Positions 43,970-56,605 of a stretch of DNA of 64,000 nt are shown here, in pieces. A model generated the notes under the pieces. The model searched no databases, had not been told where the DNA came from, and saw only the letters and a program-made list of their open reading frames with translations. The translations under genes and the position numbers were made by a program. Position 1 is the first letter of the stretch, and every line of letters begins with the position of its first letter. Where the stretch lies: NCBI GenBank assembly GCA_946965045.2, contig OX337238.1, positions 868,001 to 932,000 on the forward strand, written 5' to 3'. This DNA is from Epithemia pelagica (Eukaryota; Protista; Bacillariophyta).

Positions 43970-46066
43970 ATGATACTAATGATGATGATGAATCTCGTCA
44001 AGCTCGTTTCCTTTGGCTTGCAGCCAAGAACGAGGATCCATTGGTTGCTTCTCCTAGTGGTGATGATCGGGACTACTGCTACCATGGTGACTGCTGCTTC
44101 GAACTCGATTGTACCACCAATGACAACTCCGAACCAGAAGGCGGCAATGACAAGGACGATGCGAACCCCATTTGTACGGCGCACCACCACACACCGCACT
44201 CTCTCCAACAATAATGAGAAGAAGAATCCAATGGTACCCACTTGGTTGCGGTACACGGTTTGGATGCAACCCACTTGGTTTGCCAGCAGCACCCACACAA
44301 GCCCCTCGTTATTGTCCTTCCACCAAAAGGATTACAACTCTTCCTTGATGTTATCGGAAACCTTGGAGTTTTGGTCGCAATTGGAAACGATTGCCACCGT
44401 CTTGGCACCAGATGGAGCAGCCTTGGTGCCCCAGTTTTGGATTCGCAATGGTCGTCAAGCCGGATGTCATGTGACGCCTGAAATATTTCATCACGATGAC
44501 GACGATGATCTCTATCCGTCGGAGGATGATACTGACGATGACGGCGACAAGAACCACAACGATGCTCACACTCATCATCATGGTCGCCCCTGTCACAATT
44601 TGTGTACGCATTACGGTCGATATTGTGCGGCTGATCCCGATGGCAATTTGAACGAGGGCTTGTCGGGACAAGATGTCGTGAAAGAATCGCTGCGACGCTT
44701 GTGCATATGGAAGGTTTTGCAAGAACAACATGAGCGAGAGCAACAACAACAACAACAAGATTATCATTCTCATCATCGCAACCATGCTACTACATAGTGG
44801 TCATTTCCGTACAGTACCTGGTTTGCCTATGTGACGGAATTTACGCGTACGTGTTATCCCACTCCCGATTCGACCGACACGTTTGGCAATGAAGCCTGCA
44901 TTCAACACGTGTACGAAACAGTTGGTTTGAATGGAACGGCCATGGATACTTGTTTGTATGAGGACAATGCCTTGGACGAAGCCGATGAAAAGGACATGCC
45001 CAGTCCCTTGTTGGAACATGCCCTCCATGTGGCGCAACAACGAGGTGGTATTTCCGTTGTACCAACGGTCCAAATTCCCATTCCATCACAAGAAACAGAA
45101 CCAACAGTAGAGAAGGAGGAGGACTCAAAGAAAAACTCACCAGCACAAGAGAAGAATCGCAACAAGGACGCTTCCAAGAACACGCCATCGCAAGACAACA
45201 AGGAGGACGACCACCATCAGAAGAATGCCTCCCACTACCATCCTCCTCACCACCAAGAGTTTCATTCCTTGTATGGATCCCAAGTGACACCGCACAATTT
45301 GTTGCAACACTTGTGCCATGGATTGCAACAACATTCGTCTCACAAGAATGGAGGAGCAGCAGGACGGTTTCCCCATGTATGTCACGCCTGTCTCGACTGT
45401 CCCCACATGATGCAGTGTGTGGAGTCCAATGGCATGACCTGCCCCGAATCCATTGCTCCTTCTCCAGATAACGACAAGAACCACAAGAACAACCAGAACA
45501 ACCGTTCGAATTCCTGGACGGGGTGGTCCATGGTCTTGTTGGTAGCGGTGGTGGCCTATGCTCTCTGGACGCATTACGGACACGACACGGATGAGTACCA
45601 CTATTACGATTCCTATACGCGTCCGTCCTCCTCCTTGTCGTCTTGGTTTGGCACGACCAATACTACTCCCTTGCAACGTTGGTTCTTGGCCGCACCAGAT
45701 GACGACGACAATCAAGGCGAGGACCAGGATGACGACGAAGAAGCCTATTATCATCACCATCATCCATACCAACGAGACCATACAGAAGTGCCTTCCACTG
45801 CGCGGCACTATCATCCGTTATCCTCGTCGTCTTCGTGGTTCGTTGTCGGACGTGACACATCCAATCTCTTGGCCGAACCCAACCACAACACGACGACAAC
45901 CACCAGTCCACCCATGGTCATGGCCCACAGCACCACGACTCCTACTCCCACAAGTACGAATCCCATTGTCCTATTGTCCACCATTCCCGAGCAACAACAA
46001 CACCATCTGTCTGGTTCGAGTACACCCCATGCCTTGCAACGAGCCGTCAGTAGTCCCTTGAGTTGA
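43970..46066 (+). pseudogene. Vacuolar sorting receptor (BP-80/VSR)-like gene, copy A, nonsense TAG at 44795-44797
   Basis: CTHYGRYCAADPD..SGQDVVKESLRRLCIW..WFAYVTEF..C matches the VSR luminal core. The paralog has TCG at the stop position. Confidence 0.8.
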
Positions 46067-46099
46067 GTTAAGAGACTGCGTTTGCCGGGAAACTCGCGA

Positions 46100-48050
46100 A
46101 AGCACAGCCGTGTACTGACCTTGGTTGCCGAAAAGTGCGCTGTAGGTTCAGTGGCACCCGAAACTGTCCAAAGATTCCTCCGTTTCAGTCCCATTGGAGG
46201 CATTGCATCCTCACATTCAGCGTTCAATCCATCGCCGCGATCCTTTTCCGCTGTCACATTTGATGACGCTTGCGCCGCATAAATAGTCGACGACACAGTT
46301 TCATCATTCTCTTGTCGTCGGAGGATGCCATGATCATCCCTATGTACGATACTCCCCTAATCGCTCTTTTTGGTTCGAAAGAAGGGACGAACAAAGTTTT
46401 GCACTTCTGTCAGTTGTACTTGGTTCGCACCGTAAATGGCGGCGCATGTTTCCAAATGCAAGGCCAGTGTCAAATTGTCCAAGGCCATCAAGTCATGCTG
46501 TCGCAGATATGTCGTTCCGTCAATGTTGAATTTAATATCGCAATCGGGGTCCAAGACAATGCCAGGACTGGATTGTCCGCTAATAGCACCAAGCTGGACC
46601 AAAGCAACGTAGCAACGACAACACATGAGTCACCCACAGAAACTGGAATGGTCGTCTAGTAATCTGGTTCACAGCAGAACACTTATCAACGTGGACTTTC
46701 TCGATCCTAATCTTCCAACAATCCCATTGACCGTCCCTGGTTTCAAATCGAGTTTCACCTTGTCCAGGATGGTTCTCCCAGACGACTTGAGCCTGACAGT
46801 CAAGTCTGTCAGTCTCACACCGGGTAAATGTTCTACAGGGGGGTGCCTCTTTGGTGAAACAAGAGGATGTCATTTGCTTTGTCTTCCTTTGGACCACTTT
46901 GGCGGAAGATACCAAAGGCCGCAATAGTTTGGAAACGAGAATGCCTCCCCAGGTTGTGTTCGAAGCAAGATACCTAACAGCACAATGAATCCCATATATC
47001 CAAACCATATCGCTCTCAAAGCAAGATTGACTTCATGATAGGTATTTTCGAGTTCCAAGAGGGGTCGACAGGCATGTGGTTGGTTGCCGACGACACAATT
47101 GGGACCTGCACAGTCATCCATCAATAATCCCGCTGATTCGTTGTGGGGAAGCAGTGCGGAGACGCCATTCGCAGATACAAAGCGACCAACAATGTCCTTT
47201 ATCGATGTACCATTGACTGAGGCGTAGTTCCAGGTGTTGATATCCACCACAAGGTTACGCCCAAATCACCGATTTTCACCTGATGAGGTATATTGCTGAC
47301 ATTCGAGATGTGGAATCTCCATGATGGCAGAATGAAACTATGATTCAAGCATGATGGCATCACCCAGACCAATTTGGGCAATCCTTGTGAGCTTTCTTGT
47401 GAGCTATTGGTTGCGGTTGGGTAGAGAGTTGTGGAAGAAGGAGAATAGCGAGTACCGAAAAGGTCCCAGTACATGGTTTCTTGTTTTGCTCGAATTCGAC
47501 ACCCGGTCATTTCGCCCACGGCACTGTATTGCTCTGCCTGTGCACTTCTCGCACTAATACCCTTGTTTTGGTAGGTATCCAAAGAGACCAGGATTGCCAC
47601 TGCATTATGGGTGGAATCGAGCAAGAGAAATGATTCCTCGGGAAAAGCAATGGGCTGTTATGTTGGTGGTGGTAAAGGCGGGAGGAACCTTTCATGACGA
47701 GCAAGACAGTGTGTGGACAAGCAACATGGGAGGGACGTTAACGACTCGTGCATGGAAAAAGCGGCCGTGTCACAAAGGGGGTGTCGATCGGTGTCCACAA
47801 TCAATCCATCCTGATCAGTCAGGGAGGCACCGTCATCATTGTCGCTGAGTAAGGACGAATCGACCATAATTTTGAGTTCTTGAGCACCAACAGTCGCGGC
47901 CGCATAACAAGAAGTGGTAACGGCCTATGGAATCAATGATTGCAAAGCGGCCGTGACACGCATTGACTATCGTACGGTCGTGGACCAGTGGTTGCGACCG
48001 GTTCCATTGTCTCCACAACTGGATGGCCAACAAGAACAAGCATCCGTACC
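46100..48050 (-). pseudogene. Decayed gene: luminal domain + TM + ABC (ABCG-like) nucleotide-binding domain
   Basis: Minus-strand frames give LTDLTVRLKSSGRTILDKVKLDLKPGTVNGIVGRLGSRKSTLISVL (degenerate Walker A, ~46680-46820) and YLRQHDLMALDNLTLALHL (Q-loop region). Several stops and frameshifts. Confidence 0.5.
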
Positions 48051-48486
48051 GCATGTTGTGGCGACTCTCAGTGTGAAGCAGTGTGCCTCTCTCTGCGTTT
48101 TTGGAAAGCGACACTGGACTCGGGCCTCTCGCATTTGTCAAACTGTCTGCCGTATGGCTGTTTGGTCTCTTGTGTTTGTGAATGGAGGATTGTGGAATTG
48201 GCCTCATGAGACCTGCTTATGCACTACGAGCGTCCTTGTGTCACCGATATGTTTGTAGTTGCGCGCACAGTGTCGTATGTTCACAAGGAACCAAAAGTAT
48301 TCCTACGGCGTTGTGGCGCAAGCGGCTGGTGTACAGGTTGGATGACAATAGTAGATTGTTTGTGCGATCAGGCATTGATTTTCATTAAAGCATACGAAGA
48401 GGTCGATTGCTAACAATATCCAAGGTTGACATCAAACGTTGCTAAGACTACGTAATTTGTGTAATGGTTCATAAGAAGATGCATCA

Positions 48487-50202
48487 CTAGTTCTCGTTCT
48501 GTGAGAGCACTAGATTGTCAAGCCGGTTAACGCGTCGAGAAGTTTTGATCATCAGGCTCTTTAGTTCAACAATCATATCTTCCAGTTTGAGGATTCGGTC
48601 TTCAGAACCATCGCAATCATCAGAGAGCTCAACAGTGCCGCGGCCAGACACACCCAGCGTTTCGTTTCCTGACACCCAACTAGATTCTGATTCATCATTT
48701 GTATTGTGTCCATCATCATGGTTCCTTTCATTTTCGGGCATCTTATTCTGGGCCACAAGCTTTTCCAACGCTTCAATCTTCCGAGCAATTGGAAGACATC
48801 CCGCTAGAACTTCAATCTCCTGCAACTCTCCATCAAGTTGGTCAATGTTCTCTTCAAGCTCTTGCACAGAGCGGAACTTTTCGTCGTGATCACGAAGCCA
48901 TTCCATAAGAGGCAGCGAGGATTCAGCCTCGATGGCCTCTTCCAGTGCATTGACATTGCGACGTTCTCTACGCGCACATTCAATCGTACGACTGAGCTTT
49001 TCAATGTTTTTATCCAGCTCGGCACGACACGAATACATGTTCTGTAGAAAAAGCCAGCAATCAAAACCAATATAAGAACAGCAGGACAATGCTATTGTAT
49101 ATCCAAAATTGTCCAGGACCTTGCAGTTACAAACCAAGCCATACTACAACAGACATCGTACCTTGATGTTATCCTTGATGTTGTCCTTCATGTCAATCAA
49201 TGGAAGCGTCTCACTGGAATCCAACTTGTGTCCACCAATAACAACAATTCCGTCCGACATGGACACCATGCTTGGAGCGTTCCGTTTGGCAGTCATATCG
49301 GGTAGGTTGAACACGACATTGCGCTCCGTATCCAATACTTCTACGGACTTCAAAATTTCACCGCCAGCCACAATCAAACAAGGCCCAACTCTAACAATAG
49401 CATGTAGGTAACGCGCGACAGAAAGAACAAGATCCTTGTGAACCGTCCATTCCGATGACGAAGGAAAAATGAAACCGGCAGTCTCATTATTCTCTCGAGA
49501 AGCTTCGTTGAATTCCAAATATTCAACAGAGTTCAAGAAAGAACTTCCATCGGATCCACCAACGACAAAGATGCGACGGTCAACGACAGCCATTGCACAG
49601 AATCGTCGAGCGAACTTCATGGACGGTCCGGCAATGACAGTGTGTTGAGTTTTTACTACCGTATCAATGATGTCAGTCGACGACAAGTTACTTCCATTGT
49701 ATCCAGCGGCAACCACAATAAATCGATCATGTACCACAGCAGCGGCACATCCATTTCTTGGAGTAGACAAGCGACAGTTCAATGTCGTCCATAGTTTCTT
49801 GTTGTTGGTCGTACACGTTGTTTCCAACAAATCATCGACAGCAATCCTTTCGATTGAATTCAGGTAACCATTAGAATATCCTCCCAACACATACACAGAG
49901 CCATTACAAACGACTGCAGCATGTCCACTTCGTTCTTGATTCAGGTTTGGTGCTTCTTGCCAATTCTTCTTGTCCTTTTCCAAAGACATCAACAATACCG
50001 AAGCTGTGTTAGTACCTGATTTCAGTCCGCCAATGACAACAACTGTCTGTTGATCAGTTTCCTTGTCCTTCACAACAACTGATGCATGGTTGTAGCGCCA
50101 TCCACCCAAAAGTGGCGGCAACGAGTCGGACTTCCATTGTGGTTCTTCATCCTTGTCAGTGTCAAGAAAGACAAGCTTGGACAATTTCACTTCGTTTTGC
50201 AT
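48487..50202 (-). CDS. Kelch-repeat protein copy 4 (exons 50202-49162, 49041-48487)
   Basis: Paralog; N-terminus like copy 1, remainder like copy 2. Confidence 0.85.
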
Positions 50203-51403
50203 GGTCCTTTGATCACTTGGTGCAACACAAAAAAGTAAGCGCTCTCCACAGTTTGTTGATGCGAAACTCGCCGTGGCCTGCCCAGCGGAGTCGAAATCCA
50301 TCTCCGTCGTGGATCCCACACGTTATCATCCGTTGTCAATCACATACTGTCATAACATGTCCTCTTTTCTTCTCCATCGTGAAGCGCTCCTCCATCGTGT
50401 CGATTCTCGTCGTCGCTCGACCAACAATGCGATTGGTGGAACCTGGACATGTGGACAGACAGTGCGCGCAAGCGTAGATTGATCTGCGAGTGGATACGTC
50501 CCCTGCCTGGCGAACGGGAAGACTCCCATGTGCCCCTTCCTCGCAGATTGTCCAATGATTGATCACCTGCGACATGTCCTATATGGGAATGAGCTCCCCC
50601 AAGACATCTTCCCAACCAATAATCTAGCTGCAATCTGACCCCCATCACAAAAGCAAAGACCACGACAATTAACGCTAGAGGAGGCGGAGGAACCGCCATT
50701 CGATTTCGCTCTTGAGAGCATGAGCACGAAATAAGGAGGCTCCACATCACCACGATCGTGTGAAACAACAACGAGGCGAACCAAATCCTGAAACACACAC
50801 ATGCACATGCACGACTGTTGCAATTGGCGTCCGTACATATGGCCCATTGTGTGTGTGGAAGAAGCGTCTACACATTCTCGCACGTCCGAACAAACCCTCA
50901 TTCCTAATCTCTCTGGAATCATGTGTGTGTGTGTGTGAAAACCAACGCAGACACGAGGGATCACCATCGAATGCGCAATACTCCACACTACGAATCTACC
51001 ACAAGCGCCACTCTCTCTCGTTGGTTGCACAAACACACACGCTACTACGAAGCCACTTCAGCACTCTAAGTCTGAGGGCTTATCCACAACTCTACTCATG
51101 ACTTTGGATCAATCCACTACGAACGAAACAACAATAAGATGATGAACTGTGACTGTCTGTGTAATACATTCACAGTTCTCGCAATCGATCGTATCATTCT
51201 TGAATGCCCAACGTGTTTGCGTTTGTGGGGGAAGGATGATTCTTGTTTCGCCTCTATCAAGTGGATCGACTCTGACTCTCTCTCATTTTTTTGCAACAGT
51301 TCCCTTCACCACATTTCGAACCATACACCAGAAGAACGAACCAGTCCCCTTTCCTTCCAAACTCCTTGCATCCGATCAAGTCAAGTCCAGCCAAGTTCTG
51401 CTG

Positions 51404-53527
51404 ATGATACTAATGATGATGATGAATCTCGTCAAGCTCCTTACCTTTCGCCTGCAGCCCAGAACGACGAGGATCCATTGGTTGCTTCTCCTCATGGTGA
51501 TGATCGGGACTACTGCTACCATGGTGACTGCTGCTTCGAACTCCATGGTACCACCAATGACAACTCCGAACCAGAAAAAGGCAATGACAAGGACGATGCG
51601 AACCCCATTTGTACGGCGTACCACCACACACCGCACCCTCTCCAACAACAACGAGAACAACAAGAAGAATCCAATGGAGCCCACTTGGTTGCGGTACACG
51701 GTTTGGATGCAACCCACTTGGTTTGCTAGTAGCACCCACACAAGCCCCTCGTTATCGTCCTTCCACCAAAAGGACAACAACTCTTCCTTGATGTTATCGG
51801 AAACCTTGGAGTTTTGGTCGCAACTGGAAACGATTGCCACCGTCTTGGCACCAGATGGAGCAGCCTTGGTGCCCCAGTTTTGGATTCGCAATGGTCGTCA
51901 AGCCGGATGTCATGTTACGCCTGAAATATTTCATCACGATGACGACGATGATCTCTATCCGTCGGAGGATGATACTGACGATGACAACAAGAACCACAAC
52001 GATACTCACACTCATCATCATGGTCGCCCCTGTCACAATTTGTGTACGCATTATGGTCGGTATTGTGCCGCCGATCCCGATGGCAATTTGAACGAAGGCC
52101 TATCGGGACAAGATGTCGTGAAAGAATCGCTGCGACGGTTGTGTATTTGGAAGGTGTTGCAAGAACAACATGAGCGAGAGCAACAACAACAACAACAACA
52201 ACAAGATTATCATTCTCATCATCGCAACCATGCTACTACATCGTGGTCGTTTCCGTACAGCACGTGGTTTGCCTATGTGACAGAATTTACTCGTACGTGT
52301 TATCCCACTCCCGATTCGACCGACAAATTTGGTAATGAAGCCTGCATTCAACACGTGTACGAAACAGTTGGGTTGAATGGAACGGCCATTGATACTTGTT
52401 TGTATGACGACAATGCGTTGGACGAAGCCGATGAAAAGGATGTGCCTAGTCCCTTGTTGGAACATGCCTTACATCAGGCACAACAACGAGGGGGCATTTC
52501 TGTCGTACCCACGGTCCAAATTCCCATTCCATCACAAGAACCAGAACCAACAGTAGAGGAGGAAGACTCGACGAACAAATTACCACCACAAGACAAGAAT
52601 CGCAACAAGGACACTTCCAAGAATACGCCTTCGCAAGACGACAAGGAGGACGACCACCATCAAAAGAATGCCTCCCATTACCATCCTCCTCACCACCAAG
52701 AGTTTCACTCCTTGTATGGATCCCAAGTCACACCGCACAATTTGTTGCAACACTTGTGCCACGTATTGCAACAACATTCGTCTCATAAGAATGGAGGAAC
52801 AGCAGGACGGTTGCCCCATGTATGTCAAGCCTGTCTCGACTGTCCCCATATCATGCAGTGTGTGGAATCCAATGGCATGACTTGCCCCGAATCCATTGCT
52901 CCTTCTCAAGACAAGAACCACAAGATCCACAAGAACAAGAATCGTTCGAATTCCTGGACGGGGTGGTCCATGGTCTTGTTGGTAGCGTTGGTGGCCTATG
53001 CTCTCTGGACGCATTATGGACACGACGCCGATGAGTACCAGTATTACGATTCGTATACGCATCCTTCCTTCTCATGGTCGTCTTGGTTTGGTACGACCAA
53101 TACTACGACTAGTCGGTGGGATGCTCCTTTGCAAAATTGGTTGTTGGCCACACCAGACGACGACGATCATCAAGACGAGGACCAGGATGACGACGAAGAA
53201 GCCTATTATCATCATCACCATCCATACCAACGAGACCATGCAGAAGTGCCCTCCACTGCGCGGCACTACCATCCCTCATCCTCCTCTTCGTCTTCATGGT
53301 TGGTTGTGGGACGTGACACATCCAATCTCCTCGCCGATCCCAGCCACAACGCGACGACAACCACCAGTCCACCCATGGTCATGGCCCACACCACGAATCC
53401 TACTACTCCCACAAGTACGAATCCCATTGTCCTATTGTCCACCATTCCCGAACAACAACACCGCCATCTGTCTGGTTCGAGTACACCCCATGCCCTGCAA
53501 CGAGCCGTCAGTAGTCCCTTGAGTTGA
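51404..53527 (+). CDS. Vacuolar sorting receptor-like type I membrane protein, copy B (intact, ~707 aa)
   Basis: Signal-like segment, VSR core cysteine motifs, TM segment WSMVLLVALVAYALW, long His/Asp/Tyr-rich tail. The open frame starts at 51149. Confidence 0.8.
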   Translation: MILMMMMNLVKLLTFRLQPRTTRIHWLLLLMVMIGTTATMVTAASNSMVPPMTTPNQKKAMTRTMRTPFVRRTTTHRTLSNNNENNKKNPMEPTWLRYTVWMQPTWFASSTHTSPSLSSFHQKDNNSSLMLSETLEFWSQLETIATVLAPDGAALVPQFWIRNGRQAGCHVTPEIFHHDDDDDLYPSEDDTDDDNKNHNDTHTHHHGRPCHNLCTHYGRYCAADPDGNLNEGLSGQDVVKESLRRLCIWKVLQEQHEREQQQQQQQQDYHSHHRNHATTSWSFPYSTWFAYVTEFTRTCYPTPDSTDKFGNEACIQHVYETVGLNGTAIDTCLYDDNALDEADEKDVPSPLLEHALHQAQQRGGISVVPTVQIPIPSQEPEPTVEEEDSTNKLPPQDKNRNKDTSKNTPSQDDKEDDHHQKNASHYHPPHHQEFHSLYGSQVTPHNLLQHLCHVLQQHSSHKNGGTAGRLPHVCQACLDCPHIMQCVESNGMTCPESIAPSQDKNHKIHKNKNRSNSWTGWSMVLLVALVAYALWTHYGHDADEYQYYDSYTHPSFSWSSWFGTTNTTTSRWDAPLQNWLLATPDDDDHQDEDQDDDEEAYYHHHHPYQRDHAEVPSTARHYHPSSSSSSSWLVVGRDTSNLLADPSHNATTTTSPPMVMAHTTNPTTPTSTNPIVLLSTIPEQQHRHLSGSSTPHALQRAVSSPLS

Positions 53528-54222
53528 TGCGTTTGCCGGGAAAGTCGCGAACGCACAGCCGTGGGCTGGCTGATTCTTCTTGTCTTTTTTCTTCATGGTT
53601 GTTTCCCTTTTTCTTCTTCTTGTGTTATACATACTATCATCCATTTCTATTAATTGTTGCTCGGTCCCACACACACAGTTCGTTCCTAACCGTTTGACAA
53701 CTATCCTATAAAAAGTTTCACTACTACTTTCTCTTCCTACTAGGGGTAGAGTATCCGCTGATTCATATGGTAGTTGGATTGAGAAAGACTCGTATCCGCT
53801 TGTGTTGTGGTGTGTAAGATACCACACTTGACAGTCTCTATAGGTAGACCTCCCAGTCTTGGCGGTGTCTCGGTAGGACTGCCAGCCACCGCCATGGCAC
53901 GAGTCCAATGATGCGCAACCGAACACAAGAGGAAAACGACACTGTACCTCAGGAGACGACATGCACCGACCACGGAAGGCTCGTGGTGAATGCAGAAGGT
54001 GTTCTCTCTTTACCCGGCCAATAGCAGGAAACTCATCCATGTAGTCACGAATGTGTCGCTCGATTCTATGCACATGGACCATACAAAAAGGTGGGAGAAG
54101 GAAATTTGAAATTTGTTATACGAGCTAAACTGAAAATTATTTAGATCTCTGGGTTTGTCCAATCCATGGTTCTCCGTGCTATGTACGGATCCGGTTCAGG
54201 AAGCTCGATTGGCAAAAGATAG

Positions 54223-56605
54223 TTAGTCGTTGTAGTTGCCAACAATGAATTCGTCGTCCGAATCCGCAAACTCATCCCAAAACCGATCGCCACCAATATT
54301 GACATCAAACAAATCTTCCATGGCAGTGAGTTGCGCTCGCTTTTCCTCCTTGGCCGACAACTTTTCCATGGATCCTTTCCCAAGGGCAGCCTTTCGTGAC
54401 TGGATGGACACCAATCGCTCTTCAATGGAATCCTTCATGACGAATCGAAAGACACTGACTGGCCGCGTCTGCCCCAAACGGTGCACACGATCAGCAGCCT
54501 GATCTTCCGACGCTTGATTCCACCAAGGGTCCATCATAAAGGCAAAGTTTCCTCGTGTCAGACTGATACCCAGGCCAGCAGCTTTCATGGAACAAAGGAT
54601 CATGCGGGGTCCATCGTCATCATCAAATTGACTCATGGCCTCAAGCCGTTTCTCGGCACTCATTGATCCATCCAAACGAGTAAACGTGATCCCGTGTTCT
54701 TTGAGAGTTGGTTCAATCAGGTCCAAAAAGCTGGTGAAGTTACTAAAGATGACGCCTTTTTCATCTGGCTTCATTTCCATTTCAATGAATCTAAGAAGAG
54801 CTTCGACTTTGGGTGACGGCGGAAGATCCAACACCTTGCCACTAGCTTTCTTTAAAGGCTTCTTCTTTTTGTCTCCAGACAAGCTGATTCCTCCAAGCTT
54901 GGCTGCAACATCATCGATGGCATTTCCAGATTTGGCGGTACTCTTCTTGGTCATAGATTCCTTTGAAATACTCTGAAGTTTGCTCAGTACATCCCAGCCC
55001 TGTTCAGCGGTCAATGTTCCAGCTTCATCAAACTGGTCTGCAAGATCTTCCACCTGCTCACGAAACTCTACCGGGAAGAGTTCGCCGGAACAGCAAGCTT
55101 GACGGATACGAATGTTAAGGAAGAACATGACTTTGATGGCATCCTTGCGTGAGTCGTTGTTGCCGTCTTTAAGGATAGCAGTGAGGGCCTTTCGGGCTGT
55201 CTCATATATGTTGCTGTGAATTTCGTTGTGTGGACCAGGTGAAAACGGAATCTTGATGAATTTGGTTGTCTTGGGTTCCAAGCCAAGATCTATTGTTTTT
55301 TTGGTACGTCGAAGCGAAAGATGACTCATGGCAGCACGAATGCGTGCCAAGCCACAAGGACGACCTTGTTTAATCTTATTCGTGATTTGTTCCTCAAAGA
55401 CAAGGCGGCTTTGAAGAGGCTCGACACCCAAAAATGACATGAGGGCCCAAAGATCCTCAGGTTTGTTGACAAAGGGCGTTCCAGTTAACGCGACTTTGTT
55501 GGAGGCCTTGACGGCTGACACGGCCTTGAAAAACTTGGAGGATGGACTCCGGATCAAATGTGCTTCATCAATCACAATTCGATGGTATTGGGCACAGAAC
55601 AACGATTGGGCCGAAACAGTTTGTTTTTCATCGTCCTTGTTTGTAGCCGAAAAGTCGGCCCGTAGAGTCTCATAGGATGTAACAACGATATCGTACTCTC
55701 CGTTGATAATATCTGGCACCAGCTTATTACGCTTAGGACCTGGGGAAAGATAAACACGCATTAGGTTTTGTGTGAATCAAGGTAGTGAGCGAGACTATGT
55801 ATTCTTACCTTGATAAAGGCACACATTTAGGTGCCCTTTCTTCACATGTTGATTGGCTTGTTGAGCCCAATTCGCCATAGCAGAGACTGGGCTCACAATA
55901 AGTGTAGCCTTTCCCGCACTACCGGCCTCTGGCTTATTCAGTAGAATAAGTCCAAGCGTCTGGAGGGTTTTCCCCAGACCCATATCTGCAATCAAAGAAA
56001 TGACAGATTGTGAGATACGAGAAAGCACTTCAGTGTCTCTGTTCATTTAAAGTTTCTGCGCACGTACCGTCAGCAAGGAGTGCTCCCTGGATGGGCTTTG
56101 GAGCTTCCTTTTGATGCAGCCCGGTAAGGGAGCAACGGTAGCTTGTTGTACCGCTCTTGTATGTCATGGTCTTGAAGAACGGATTAGGACGTGTTGACTT
56201 TTCTTGGTTGACAAGCCAACGGATGCCATCCACCTGGTGAGGCTTAAGCTTCGCCTTGAGAACCTTCTTATCAAGGCCAAGGGTTTTCCTGCCGAGGCTC
56301 TTGATCTTCGAAGCAGTCTGCTCTTCGAACATTTGTTCAAGGTAGGCCTGCTGCGCCTCCTCGTCGAGTTCCTCACTCACGACGGCGTCGGGATCGTCTT
56401 CGACATTCTCCTCGGGGATGTTGGCCTCTGGTGTATCCTCAGTCTCTGTCATGGAAATGACAGTTTCATTTTCTTCCTTATCGCTCAGAACAGACTTTTC
56501 GTTTCCGGTAATATTGGTTTCGACTTGTTTGTTGGCATCGATCGGCGTGTTTTCATCGGTTGGAATGAGCCGGTTGCTTCGGGTTTGGCGTGTCTTCGTT
56601 GACAT
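54223..56605 (-). CDS. SNF2-family ATPase, Rad5/Rad16-like (exons 56605-56068, 55985-55809, 55739-54223)
   Basis: LKPHQVDG, LAD|DMGLGKT, VIDEAH, ALTGTP, RLDGSM, GISLT, DPWWN, QAADRVHRLGQ. Confidence 0.93.

Noticed and set aside
51139-51729. 196-aa alternative-frame ORF overlapping the VSR-like gene
   Set aside because: Shadow frame of ATG/GAT/CAA-rich codons. The VSR motifs lie in the 51149 frame.
53432-54082. 216-aa minus-strand ORF
   Set aside because: No recognisable domain, overlaps the VSR 3' end and crosses low-complexity intergenic DNA.
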